Source of the DNA: Rhodothermales bacterium | Lineage (GTDB): Bacteria; Bacteroidota; Rhodothermia; Rhodothermales; JABDKH01 | Length of the DNA stretch: 64,000 nucleotides | Direction of reading: 5' to 3' | NCBI GenBank assembly: GCA_041589075.1 | Contig: JBFHWK010000001.1 | Span: 1,950-65,949 of the forward strand | Shown: piece after piece, positions 1 to 11,628 of the stretch | Position numbering within the stretch: position 1 is the stretch's first letter | Layout: each line of letters starts with the position of its first letter | Position numbers and translations under genes: made by a program | The notes under the pieces: model-generated | The model's input: the letters and a program-made list of their open reading frames with translations, nothing else | The model's database searches: none | What the model was told of the DNA's origin: nothing

Positions 1-1
1 C

Positions 2-523
2 GAGGACCACCACATGACCTGCACGATGGAAGAGGTTCTTTTTGGACCCGCACCGTCGTACGAGGAGCATGCTGGTTTTTCCGTTCTTGTCGATCAGCTT
101 GGGCACCGATGGCAAGCACTACCGCGGAGCGTGCGAAGGTGCACCACCGGCGGCGAGCTGCACTTCAGAGATCTTGTTTCGGCAATCACCGCAAGTGACG
201 CCATCGATCACACGGTGTCCACGAATGGCGCAATACGGCACGACGCCCCGGTCGATTCGCCGGATGCGTTGGCGGCGTTCGCAAGCCCGTTGCTGGACGA
301 CCCGTCGATCGACAGCAATCCGGATCGAATCTCCGACGTGATGTCACGAGCTCAGGACTACTGGCTGCTCGCGCAGCTCAACGGTGACGCCTACGCCACG
401 GCGGTCGAGAAAATCGGAGACAAATATTCCACGACCGCGGAAGAGAAGTCCGCCGTGATTGCAGAGGCGAACATGATGGTCGCCCGGTTTCACAAGCTTT
501 TCCCCCATTGGAGCGGTTTTTGA
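2..523 (+). CDS. hypothetical protein, 3' part (5' end outside window)
   Basis: The frame is open from the window edge (codons EDHH precede the first ATG at 14) to the stop at 521-523. I recognise no motif in the 169 aa. Confidence 0.4.
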   Translation, partial: EDHHMTCTMEEVLFGPAPSYEEHAGFSVLVDQLGHRWQALPRSVRRCTTGGELHFRDLVSAITASDAIDHTVSTNGAIRHDAPVDSPDALAAFASPLLDDPSIDSNPDRISDVMSRAQDYWLLAQLNGDAYATAVEKIGDKYSTTAEEKSAVIAEANMMVARFHKLFPHWSGF

Positions 524-558
524 CGATCCCACCATCGAACGAAATCGTGTTGAACGGA

Positions 559-1818
559 ATGAGTGAAGAAGAAAAATCGAGCGTGTGGACGAACGGCAGG
601 CCCGAGCCGGTGCGCCTGCCGGACCTGACGGACATCCATCAGAACCTCGACAGCCTGCTCGGATCGATACGCCGCCATCTGCATGCCAACCCGGAACTTG
701 GTTTCCAGGAGCACAAAACAGCGCAATTCATCCGCGAGATGCTCGAGATGCACGGGCTCGACGAGGTCGTGTCGATTGCCGACACGGGCCTGTACGTCGA
801 CATTCGCGGAGCGCATCCCGGGCCGACCGTCGGATTTCGGGCGGATATAGACGCGCTCGAAGCGGAGGATCACAAGACAGTCCCGTACCGGTCGACGTTT
901 CCCAACGTGGCGCACCTTTGCGGCCACGACGCACACTCGGCGGTTGCTGTTGGCGTCGCGATACTCCTTAGCTCGCTGCGCGAACATCTCTATGGAACCG
1001 CACGCGTTTTCTTTCAACCGAACGAGGAAGGCGTTCCCAGCGGCGCGCCCCGGATGATCGAAGGCGGTGTAATGAAAGACATGCGCGCGGTCTACGCCGT
1101 CCACGTCGATCCGACACTCCAGGTTGGCCAGTACGGACTCATTGCGGGAGCCGCCACCGCCGCGGCCGACCGGTTCCGCGTCATCGTCAGGTCACCGTCC
1201 TCCGGTCACTCCGCGCGTCCGCATCAGTCGATCGACACAATCTGGATCGCCACGCAAATCACGGCGCAGTTCTATCAACTCGTAGGAAGGGTTTCCGATG
1301 CGCGCAATTCCGCCGTGCTGACGATTTGCCGATTCCTGGGCGGGCACGCGTACAACGTGATTCCGGAACACGTGGAGTTCGGCGGCACACTTCGCTGCAT
1401 CGACGAAAACGAGCGCCAACTGCTCAAGAAACGCCTCCCACGCGTTGCTGCGTCAATCGCCGACATGTACGATGCGGCGGTTACGGTAGACTATGCCGAT
1501 GGCGCGCCGCCGGTCGTCAACGATCCGGCACTTGTCAAAGGCGTTGCCGCCGCCGTCAGCGAACTGTACGGAGAGCAGGCAATCGTTCAGATACCACGCC
1601 CCAGCATGGGCGCCGAAGACTTCGCCCATTACCTGAAGTACATTCCGGGCATGCTGGTGCGAATCGGCACCTCCTCCGGTGCGGACACAAGCTATCCATT
1701 GCACGACTCACGCTTCGACGTGGCGGAGGAATCGCTGGCACCCGCGGCACAACTGATGGCCTGCGTCATCATCAGTCACCTCAAGAGTGAAGCCGTAAGG
1801 GAGGCCGCTGCCGTCTGA
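559..1818 (+). CDS. M20D-family amidohydrolase (N-acyl-L-amino acid amidohydrolase / hippurate hydrolase-like)
   Basis: 'HANPELGFQEHKTAQFI', 'FRADIDALE' and 'HLCGHDAH' are typical of M20D peptidases. The track start at 508 is a TTG that overlaps the upstream ORF, so the first ATG at 559 is preferred. Confidence 0.85.
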   Translation: MSEEEKSSVWTNGRPEPVRLPDLTDIHQNLDSLLGSIRRHLHANPELGFQEHKTAQFIREMLEMHGLDEVVSIADTGLYVDIRGAHPGPTVGFRADIDALEAEDHKTVPYRSTFPNVAHLCGHDAHSAVAVGVAILLSSLREHLYGTARVFFQPNEEGVPSGAPRMIEGGVMKDMRAVYAVHVDPTLQVGQYGLIAGAATAAADRFRVIVRSPSSGHSARPHQSIDTIWIATQITAQFYQLVGRVSDARNSAVLTICRFLGGHAYNVIPEHVEFGGTLRCIDENERQLLKKRLPRVAASIADMYDAAVTVDYADGAPPVVNDPALVKGVAAAVSELYGEQAIVQIPRPSMGAEDFAHYLKYIPGMLVRIGTSSGADTSYPLHDSRFDVAEESLAPAAQLMACVIISHLKSEAVREAAAV

Positions 1819-1846
1819 ATCGTGCGTCGTGCGTGATGCACGGTGC

Positions 1847-4800
1847 ATGAAAATACGGCTCTGCCTACTGCTGCTGCTCCTTCTCGCCGGCAACGAGTGC
1901 AGTGCGCAATGGAACGACGATTTCGAGGACGGCGAGTTACGTGTTGATCCCGCCTGGACGGGAGACCTACTCAACTGGGAAGTAGAGGCCTACGACCGGG
2001 GACGTCGGCTGAGAACTCACGGGCCGGCCCGCGCGGACACGCTTCTACTCACCACAACGTCCGGTCTTCCTTACGGCACATGGACCACGCGCCACGGTTA
2101 TCGAGGCGGCCCCCTTACGAACTTCAATCATGTGCGACTCGTACTGTGGGCGTCAAGTGCCGACCTCCTGATCGCGGCCGGCTATATGCTGCAGGTGGGC
2201 GCCAATGACCGCTCGATCCGGCTGTATGAGTTCGGTTCCGGCATTTCGTCGCGGCGCTTGGTCGCGACAGCACCTTTCGACGACCTGGAAAGCGATTCAA
2301 CCGATCTCGCCATAGTCGTCGAACGTTCGTACGACGATCGGTGGGCGATAGCCGTCAACGACCTGGCTGTGATTTCGGTGGAAACCTCGCCCGACCCCGA
2401 CAGCTTGACGGGAATCTTCGGCCTGTGGGTAAAGCACACTGCCGCCCGCGGTGCTGACTACTGGTTCGACGATGTCGGGACGGATCCCGCCGTTCGCTCC
2501 GACACGACCCCACCCCGGGTCGTCCGAGCGGTTGCAACATCGCGGACCTCCGTGAGCGTCCGATTTAGCGAGCCTCTGTTTCGGAGTGTCGCGTGCGGGA
2601 GCGGTTCATTCAAGCTTTTGCCCGGAGACACATCGCCCGTTGCGCTCGACTGTACGCAAGCTCTTGTCGTCGATTCGCTGACCATGCACTTCGGCCAAGC
2701 GCTGCCAGAGGCGGCCCGCCTGGCAGCCTTGTTGGCGGATCCGTCCGCAAACACCTCTGCCGACACGGCTACAATTGACGTCTCGCGCATCGCCCGATTA
2801 CCTGTAAGAGGCGACGTTGTGATCAACGAAATCAATTATGCCCCAAACGATTCCGAGAGTGAGTTCGTCGAGATTCTGAATATCTCAAATCGCGAGCTTG
2901 ATCTCTCCGGGGTGGCTCTGACTGACGATCGTACGCGCTCCCCGATCGGTGACACGTCTCTGGCACCAGGAGCCTACCTGACGCTCACAAAAGACAGTGT
3001 CAGCATCGCAATGACGTTCGGTGATTTCGGCGCGGTGCAGCTTGAACCGTGGCCATCGCTGAATAACACCGGTGACCGCATCTCGTTGGTCCAGTTCGAC
3101 GCCCTCGACAGTGTCGCTTATGAGCCCTCCTGGAACGACGGACCGAACTCGCTGGAGCGACGCGATCCCTACGCCCCGTCGGGCTTTCCCGGCAACTGGG
3201 GCTCCTCCTTAGATCCCTTCGGCGGAACGCCGGGCGCAAGGAACAGCATCTTTTCCCAGGATCGCACGCCACCGCAGCTAACGTTCGCGGGCCTGCTTCC
3301 GGGTCTCCCTCAACACGTCGCGGTCTTCTTCAGTGAAGACATCGATGTAAGCCGGCTCAAGCCGACGGATTTTCTCCTCAACGGTTTGCCGGCGCAACGC
3401 GTCGTTCGCGGCAATGAGATCTACTCGGACCGAACCGTGCTTCGATTCCCAGAAGTACGCGCCGGCACTCTGAGTGCGGCGAATGTCGCGGACCCCACCG
3501 GCAACATTTCCGTCTCGAGTGAGACGCGTTTGCATCTTCGCCCCGACACCGGCGCCATCGTGATCCACGAGATCATGTACCAACCGATCGCCGACCGATT
3601 CGATGGCCTGCCGGACCAGGTCGAGTATGTTGAGCTGCGTAGCCGTTCGTCAGAGCCTCTGGCGGTGAACGGCTGCGCCTTGATCGGACGTACCTCCGAG
3701 GACGGTGACACGAGCGCGTGGTTCCTGCCTGACGGACCTACCGGTCTCTCCTCTCACACTCCGACCGCGCTCGTCCGTGCCGGTAATGTGGCAACGCTGA
3801 TGGAATCGTTTCACCTCGAGAGTGACGCGAGCATAATCGCGATCGACGAGGGTGGGCTGAATCTACCGTCGGAACGCTCGCCCTTGATTCTCGAATGCCC
3901 CGGTGCCGGTCGCATCGACAGTGTGACATATGATCCCTCGTGGCATGACGGTGCACTGCTGTCGGCGCGCGGCAGGTCACTTGAGCGTATCGACGTTCAT
4001 GCGCCGTCCAACGAGCCAACAAACTGGACAACAACCAGCTCCCCGCTGGGTGGAACGCCCGCGGCCCACAACTCCGTGAGCATGATGTGGACGGTCAATG
4101 AGATGCGTACGGGAGACGTCGTGATCACCGAGTTGCTGTTCGAGCCGCGCAGCGACGACGGCGTAGCGCAACAGTACGAGTACATCGAAATCTACAACCG
4201 CAGCGATGCCGAGATCGACCTCAACGGTGCAGCCTTCTTGGAGGGGCATGTCGACTCGACGGTAGACGCTTCACGGTTTGTCTTCGCACCCACGCGCATG
4301 AAGCCCGGTGAGTACGGTCTTGCAATGCTCGTTCCCTCGAGTGCGGGCGAAGCGAATCCGGACGACCTGCTCGCGCGAGCCTTCCCGTCGACGGCCGACC
4401 ACGCGTGGCCGCTGTTCGTGCTGCGGCGAAGCAGCTTGACGTTGCCCAACGACGGCGGAGTTCTCGCACTGTTGAACCGCTCATCCGAAGTCGTCGATCG
4501 AATCACCTATTCCCCTGACGCCCACCATCCCCATCTGGCCGAAACCAGGGGCGTCGCACTCGAGCGAATTTCTCCGAGCAGCTCGGGCGAGCACCCACTC
4601 AACTGGAGCAGCTCGGTGCATCCCGAAGGCGGCACACCGGGCCGACAGAATTCTGTCGCCGCGATTGCGGGCCGGCAGACACGCACGCTGTCGATAAACC
4701 CATCACCATTCACTCCTGACGGTGACGGCGACCGCGACCACGCCGTGATTACCTACAACCTCGGACTCACCCGCCCACTCGTTCGGATCACCGTATTCGA

Positions 4801-5002
4801 CTCGCGTGGGCGCGAGGTGAGGCGCCTGACCGGCGGCCAGCTATCCGGCCCGTCGGGGAGCATCATCTGGGACGGCTTTAACCGACACGGCGGCCCCGTA
4901 AGTCCCGGTATCTACATCATCTACCTGCAGGCCGTCGACAAAACAGCCGGTCTGACGGAGGTTCACAAGCAGGTTGTGGTCGTTGCGCCACCTTTCGATT
5001 AG
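1847..5002 (+). CDS. large secreted protein with three lamin-tail-domain (LTD) repeats and a FlgD-Ig-like C-terminal domain
   Basis: Signal peptide 'MKIRLCLLLLLLLAGNECSAQ' from the ATG at 1847. There are three modules at about 2810-3247, 3551-4075 and 4112-4654. They open with 'GDVVINEINY', 'GAIVIHEIMYQP' and 'GDVVITELLFEP' and close with 'GGTPG..NS'. The C-terminus (4687-4999) reads 'NPSPFTPDGDGDRDHAVITY...ITVFDSRGREVRRL...WDG...SPGIYIIYLQA'. Confidence 0.75.
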   Translation: MKIRLCLLLLLLLAGNECSAQWNDDFEDGELRVDPAWTGDLLNWEVEAYDRGRRLRTHGPARADTLLLTTTSGLPYGTWTTRHGYRGGPLTNFNHVRLVLWASSADLLIAAGYMLQVGANDRSIRLYEFGSGISSRRLVATAPFDDLESDSTDLAIVVERSYDDRWAIAVNDLAVISVETSPDPDSLTGIFGLWVKHTAARGADYWFDDVGTDPAVRSDTTPPRVVRAVATSRTSVSVRFSEPLFRSVACGSGSFKLLPGDTSPVALDCTQALVVDSLTMHFGQALPEAARLAALLADPSANTSADTATIDVSRIARLPVRGDVVINEINYAPNDSESEFVEILNISNRELDLSGVALTDDRTRSPIGDTSLAPGAYLTLTKDSVSIAMTFGDFGAVQLEPWPSLNNTGDRISLVQFDALDSVAYEPSWNDGPNSLERRDPYAPSGFPGNWGSSLDPFGGTPGARNSIFSQDRTPPQLTFAGLLPGLPQHVAVFFSEDIDVSRLKPTDFLLNGLPAQRVVRGNEIYSDRTVLRFPEVRAGTLSAANVADPTGNISVSSETRLHLRPDTGAIVIHEIMYQPIADRFDGLPDQVEYVELRSRSSEPLAVNGCALIGRTSEDGDTSAWFLPDGPTGLSSHTPTALVRAGNVATLMESFHLESDASIIAIDEGGLNLPSERSPLILECPGAGRIDSVTYDPSWHDGALLSARGRSLERIDVHAPSNEPTNWTTTSSPLGGTPAAHNSVSMMWTVNEMRTGDVVITELLFEPRSDDGVAQQYEYIEIYNRSDAEIDLNGAAFLEGHVDSTVDASRFVFAPTRMKPGEYGLAMLVPSSAGEANPDDLLARAFPSTADHAWPLFVLRRSSLTLPNDGGVLALLNRSSEVVDRITYSPDAHHPHLAETRGVALERISPSSSGEHPLNWSSSVHPEGGTPGRQNSVAAIAGRQTRTLSINPSPFTPDGDGDRDHAVITYNLGLTRPLVRITVFDSRGREVRRLTGGQLSGPSGSIIWDGFNRHGGPVSPGIYIIYLQAVDKTAGLTEVHKQVVVVAPPFD

Positions 5003-5155
5003 TCGGATTTTGCCGATAATAGGGAGGCGGCGATGAGCCGCCCGCGGGAACGGTGCGGAACTTGACTGATTTCGGCCTCGTTGCATCGGCTGAGTCCCGA
5101 ATCCACGGAACCCCGGATCAGGTTCACCGTGAATGTCGCCGAGACTGCTGCCGCA

Positions 5156-5512
5156 ATGGCCGAAGCTACTGTCATATCGCGCCCCTCTCCCGTCCGCCTG
5201 ACCCCACGTGCTGCGGAGGAGATCCGAAAGCTGTTCGAGACAAAAAACGTCCCGGCCGGCTTTGGACTGCGTGTCGGTGTGAAAGGCGGCGGTTGTTCCG
5301 GCATGAGCTACATCCTTGGTTTTGACCGCAAGCGCGAGCACGATCTTAATTTCGACCTCGACGGCCTGCTTCTGCTGATGGACAAGCGCCACGGATTGTA
5401 TCTCATGGGCACGACCGTCGACTACCATGATGGACTGGATGCCCGCGGTTTCACGTTTGAAAACCCCAACGCAGCCAGCACCTGCGGATGCGGTTCGAGC
5501 TTTGGCGTGTAG
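5156..5512 (+). CDS. iron-sulfur cluster insertion protein, HesB/IscA/ErpA family
   Basis: 'LRVGVKGGGCSGMSY' and the C-terminal 'CGCGSSF' are the three conserved Cys of A-type carriers. The ATG at 5156 gives a typical 118 aa. Confidence 0.9.
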   Translation: MAEATVISRPSPVRLTPRAAEEIRKLFETKNVPAGFGLRVGVKGGGCSGMSYILGFDRKREHDLNFDLDGLLLLMDKRHGLYLMGTTVDYHDGLDARGFTFENPNAASTCGCGSSFGV

Positions 5513-5671
5513 TCCGGGCAGGTCATCGGGCGCCTGACAGATTGTGATCTTCGGTCGCCTTGCTTCCGTCAGGAATACAGCAACCTGTCACGCGTCCCGT
5601 TCGTACCCCTAATAAGCCCGAACACGACCAAAATCGCTTGCCCGACCCGACAGCGGCACGAATTTGGCACG

Positions 5672-5700
5672 TTGACTAACCGACGCATACAGCGTAGACT
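5672..5700 (+). promoter_or_regulatory. sigma70-like promoter candidate upstream of clpC (TTGACT-N17-TAGACT)
   Basis: TTGACT at 5672-5677, a 17-nt spacer, and TAGACT at 5695-5700, 56 nt upstream of the clpC ATG. This is a pattern match only. Confidence 0.3.
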
Positions 5701-5755
5701 TTAATTACCGTCCGGATGTGAATCTTCGTGATCACCCACGGTTGAACAGAATCCA

Positions 5756-8341
<2,586 letters not shown>

Positions 8342-8353
8342 AGATGCTCCCTT

Positions 8354-8397
8354 GAAGAAGCCCCGGTGCATCCGCGCCGGGGCTTCTTCTATTTTAG
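8354..8397 (+). terminator. rho-independent terminator after clpC
   Basis: Perfect 13-bp stem GAAGAAGCCCCGG (8354-8366) / CCGGGGCTTCTTC (8377-8389) with a 10-nt loop, followed by TATTTTAG. Confidence 0.8.
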
Positions 8398-8435
8398 CAC
8401 GTCGCGACAGACAACCCCCTGCGTAACAATCACGG

Positions 8436-9542
8436 ATGGTATTTGACAAAATCACGGTCGTTGGTGTCGGCCTGATCGGCGGATCGCTCGCCCGCGCGTG
8501 GAAGAAGCACCGGGGCGGCAGCCTTACGATAACGGGTGTCGACACGCCGGAGGTTCTCGCCAGGGCGACGGTTCTCGGTGTTATTGACCAAGCCGAACCG
8601 GAGCTGCATGACGCGGTGACGGACGCCGACCTCGTTGTCCTCTCGACGCCCCTCACTCGGATACTGTACTTGCTGGATGAGGTCGCACCGTCACTCAAAG
8701 ATGGGGCGGTCGTGACGGATGTCGGTTCGGTGAAGGCCGCGATCACCGAATACGCAGCGAAAAGCCTCCGCGACGATGTCCTCTTTGTTGGAGGTCACCC
8801 CATGGCCGGAGCCGAGAATGCGGGTATCGAGTACTCCGATCCTTTTCTGTTTGAGAACGCATCATACGCCATCTGCCCTCCTGACGACAAAGCAAACGAT
8901 CCGCGGCTCCAACAGCTTATCGAACTGATCGAGGTCACGGGCGCACGTCCTCTGCAGATCGATCCCGTCGTACACGATCAGGTTGCCGCGTTCGTAAGTC
9001 ACCTTCCCCAACTTCTCGCCGTTGTGCTGACCAACCTCGCGGCCGACCGCAACGAGTCCAACGCAAATTATCTCCGTTTGGCTGCCGGAGGTTTTCGCGA
9101 CATGACGCGTATCGCAAGCTCAGACTACGACATGTGGCGTGACATCCTCAGCGCGAATCAAGGCCCCGTACTGGATGCACTCGCGGCACTCGCCGCGTCG
9201 GTGCAGGCAATTCGGAACCGAATGATCGAGGAAGACACCGATGAGATCGCTCGTCTGTTCGATCGTGCGCGCAGCACGCGCGAGACGATTCCGAAGGACT
9301 CGAAAGGGTTCATTCGGCCTCTTGCCGATCTCTACGTGCATGCCGACGATCGCCCCGGTTGGATCGCGTCCGTCGCTACACTTCTGTCCGAGGCCGACAT
9401 CAACATCAAAGACATGGAGTTACTAAAGGTGCGCGAGGGAACCGGCGGGACGTTTCGTCTCAGCTTCGAGGATCGTACCACAGCGACGCGCGCGTCCGAG
9501 TTACTGGAGTCAAACGGGTTCGCCGCGTACCGTCTCGAATAA
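8436..9542 (+). CDS. tyrA: prephenate dehydrogenase with C-terminal ACT domain
   Basis: N-terminal Rossmann 'ITVVGVGLIGGSLA', 'GGHPMAG', and an ACT-like tail ('YVHADDRPGWIASVATLLSEADINIKDM'). Confidence 0.9.
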   Translation: MVFDKITVVGVGLIGGSLARAWKKHRGGSLTITGVDTPEVLARATVLGVIDQAEPELHDAVTDADLVVLSTPLTRILYLLDEVAPSLKDGAVVTDVGSVKAAITEYAAKSLRDDVLFVGGHPMAGAENAGIEYSDPFLFENASYAICPPDDKANDPRLQQLIELIEVTGARPLQIDPVVHDQVAAFVSHLPQLLAVVLTNLAADRNESNANYLRLAAGGFRDMTRIASSDYDMWRDILSANQGPVLDALAALAASVQAIRNRMIEEDTDEIARLFDRARSTRETIPKDSKGFIRPLADLYVHADDRPGWIASVATLLSEADINIKDMELLKVREGTGGTFRLSFEDRTTATRASELLESNGFAAYRLE

Positions 9543-9590
9543 GTGACGGGAGAAAGCCGTCCGGCGGCGGACCATTCGGCACGCCCGACA

Positions 9591-9619
9591 TTGCTTCTGC
9601 CGCCGCGCAAGTGTATAAT
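9591..9619 (+). promoter_or_regulatory. sigma70-like promoter candidate upstream of gcvT (TTGCTT-N17-TATAAT)
   Basis: TTGCTT at 9591-9596, a 17-nt spacer, and a perfect TATAAT at 9614-9619, 33 nt upstream of the gcvT ATG. Confidence 0.4.
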
Positions 9620-9651
9620 ATTCAGGTTCTTCCTATCGTCCCACTTCCCAG

Positions 9652-10767
9652 ATGGCGGAACTGACCCTCAAGCGTACGCCGCTGTACGAGCGGCACGTCG
9701 CGGCCGGTGCAAAAATGATGTCCTTCGCGGGCTTCGATATGCCCGTGCAGTATGCGGGGATCATCGAAGAACACAATGCCGTGCGGTCAAAGGCCGGCGT
9801 CTTCGACGTCAGTCATATGGGTGAATTCCGGGTGCGTGGTGACGGAGCCGCCGCCGCCTTGCAGCGAGTCGTTACCAACGACGTTTCAAAACTGTTCGAT
9901 GGCCGAGCGATGTACACGGTGATGTGCCTCCCGTCCGGCGGCATCGTCGATGACCTGATCGTCTATCGAATTTCCGAGAACGACTATCTCATGGTCGTCA
10001 ACGCAGCGAACATCGAGACGGACTACGCGTGGGTCACGGATCATCTTTCAGGAGCCGTTTCACTGACCGATGTCTCCGACAACGTCGCTTTGCTAGCCGT
10101 GCAAGGCCCGCGGGCAATCGAGATCGTGCAAGCGACGACGACCCTCCCGGTTTCAGAACTGAAATTCTACCACTTTGTCAGGTCGGTCGACGGCTCCTTC
10201 TTCGACTGCGATGAGGTGATCATTTCGGCCACCGGGTACACCGGAGAGCCGGGCGTCGAGATTTACTGCGACACTGATCGTGCTCCCCTCGTTTGGGATG
10301 CGCTCTTGGAGGCGGGAAGCGAGATGGGACTCACGCCTGCGGGCCTCGGTGCGAGGGACACGCTTCGGATGGAAGCCGGATACTGCCTCTATGGCAACGA
10401 CATAACTCACGAAACGAATCCGGTCGAGGCAGGTCTCGGTTGGATCTGCAAGACGGACAAAGGAGATTTCATCGGCCGCGACGCAATCGTTGCCGCAAAG
10501 GAATCCGGTACGGCACGCCGCCTCGTTGCTTTCAAGATGACCGAACGCGGCATTCCTCGTACCGGCTACGAGATCCTGGATGCCGCAGGAGCTCCGGTCG
10601 GTACCGTAACAAGTGGTACGCAATCTCCGATCCTTGACTGCGGCATAGGTCTCGGATATGTTCAGAATAAACCCACACTCACGACGCCCGGCGCGGAGCT
10701 TCAGATCGCCGTCCGTAACAGACGGGTGAAGGCCGTTGTGGCCAAGCCTCCGCTCCACAAGTCGTGA
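9652..10767 (+). CDS. gcvT: glycine cleavage system aminomethyltransferase (T protein)
   Basis: '[29 protein letters not shown]' and '[11 protein letters not shown]' are the canonical GcvT N-terminus. 371 aa. Confidence 0.95.
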   Translation: MAELTLKRTPLYERHVAAGAKMMSFAGFDMPVQYAGIIEEHNAVRSKAGVFDVSHMGEFRVRGDGAAAALQRVVTNDVSKLFDGRAMYTVMCLPSGGIVDDLIVYRISENDYLMVVNAANIETDYAWVTDHLSGAVSLTDVSDNVALLAVQGPRAIEIVQATTTLPVSELKFYHFVRSVDGSFFDCDEVIISATGYTGEPGVEIYCDTDRAPLVWDALLEAGSEMGLTPAGLGARDTLRMEAGYCLYGNDITHETNPVEAGLGWICKTDKGDFIGRDAIVAAKESGTARRLVAFKMTERGIPRTGYEILDAAGAPVGTVTSGTQSPILDCGIGLGYVQNKPTLTTPGAELQIAVRNRRVKAVVAKPPLHKS

Positions 10768-10791
10768 ACCCACGATACATCCCACACCACG

Positions 10792-11541
10792 ATGGAAGTC
10801 GAAGTTTACCTGTCTGGCTACCACGTAGACGAAGATGACGTCCGTGACAAGACGGTCGTCGTAATCGATGTGCTTCGGACGAGCACAACGGCGGCGGCCG
10901 CCTTGCACAACGGAGCAAGAGCCGTAGTCCCGGCCGCGGACATGGCCGAAGCCGGAAAGATCGCCGCCAACCTCGACCCGACGAGTTACACGCTCGGCGG
11001 TGAGCGCAGCGGACTAAAAATTGAGGGCTACCGTTTTGGCAACTCACCCCTCGAATACACGCGCGACACAATCGGCGGCAAAACCCTGATCCTCAACACG
11101 ACGAACGGCACGCCGACTATTCGTCGGTGCCGCCATGCCGCAAACCTCGTCATAGGTGGTTTCGTGAATCTGAGGCTGGTGGCCGATTTCCTGCGCGACG
11201 ATGGTCATGACGTTGTAATCGTCTGTGCGGGATGGCGCAACAGGGTGTCTCTGGAGGACACGCTGTGCGCCGGGATGCTGCTGCACGAACTGTGGGGCGG
11301 CTTCGAGCCAAGCGGCACCTCGGACACGGGCCACATCGCCTTCACTCTGTTCACAAACGAAGAGGCGGATATTCCCGGAGCACTTCGGCGGTCCACGCAC
11401 GGCCGTCGACTGATGGCGATGGGCCGTGCGGATGACGTCGCATTTTGTGCCTCCGTTGACACCGTGCCGGTCCTGCCCGTGTATGGCGAAAGCAGGCTGA
11501 CCGCGCGCGAGATACCGGAATCCGTAGTCCCGTTTGCCTAG
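10792..11541 (+). CDS. 2-phosphosulfolactate phosphatase family protein (ComB-like)
   Basis: 'VVVIDVLRTSTT', 'GGERSGLKIEGYRFGNSPLEY' and 'VIVCAGW' match the ComB family pattern. Confidence 0.8.
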   Translation: MEVEVYLSGYHVDEDDVRDKTVVVIDVLRTSTTAAAALHNGARAVVPAADMAEAGKIAANLDPTSYTLGGERSGLKIEGYRFGNSPLEYTRDTIGGKTLILNTTNGTPTIRRCRHAANLVIGGFVNLRLVADFLRDDGHDVVIVCAGWRNRVSLEDTLCAGMLLHELWGGFEPSGTSDTGHIAFTLFTNEEADIPGALRRSTHGRRLMAMGRADDVAFCASVDTVPVLPVYGESRLTAREIPESVVPFA

Positions 11542-11628
11542 AAAGCTGGATTTACAGTGTAAAACTTTGTTAGCTTTCCACTTAGCCGGGCTTCCCACCC
11601 GCCTGTCCCACTTAAGGTCTCCCTCCCG

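Noticed and set aside
5661-5680. TGGCAC motif as a sigma-54 -24 element upstream of clpC
   Set aside because: The required downstream TTGC(-12) element at the correct spacing is absent (the sequence is TGGCACGTTGACTAAC).
8391-8435. 'TTAGCAC' after the clpC terminator as a CIRCE (HrcA) half-site
   Set aside because: No inverted partner GAGTGCTAA follows within 9 nt, and the location upstream of tyrA does not fit a heat-shock operator.
9543-9651. Possible glycine riboswitch upstream of gcvT
   Set aside because: The spacer is only 109 nt and is largely taken up by a promoter-like element. I could not find the conserved glycine-aptamer cores. An Infernal search with RF00504 would settle it.
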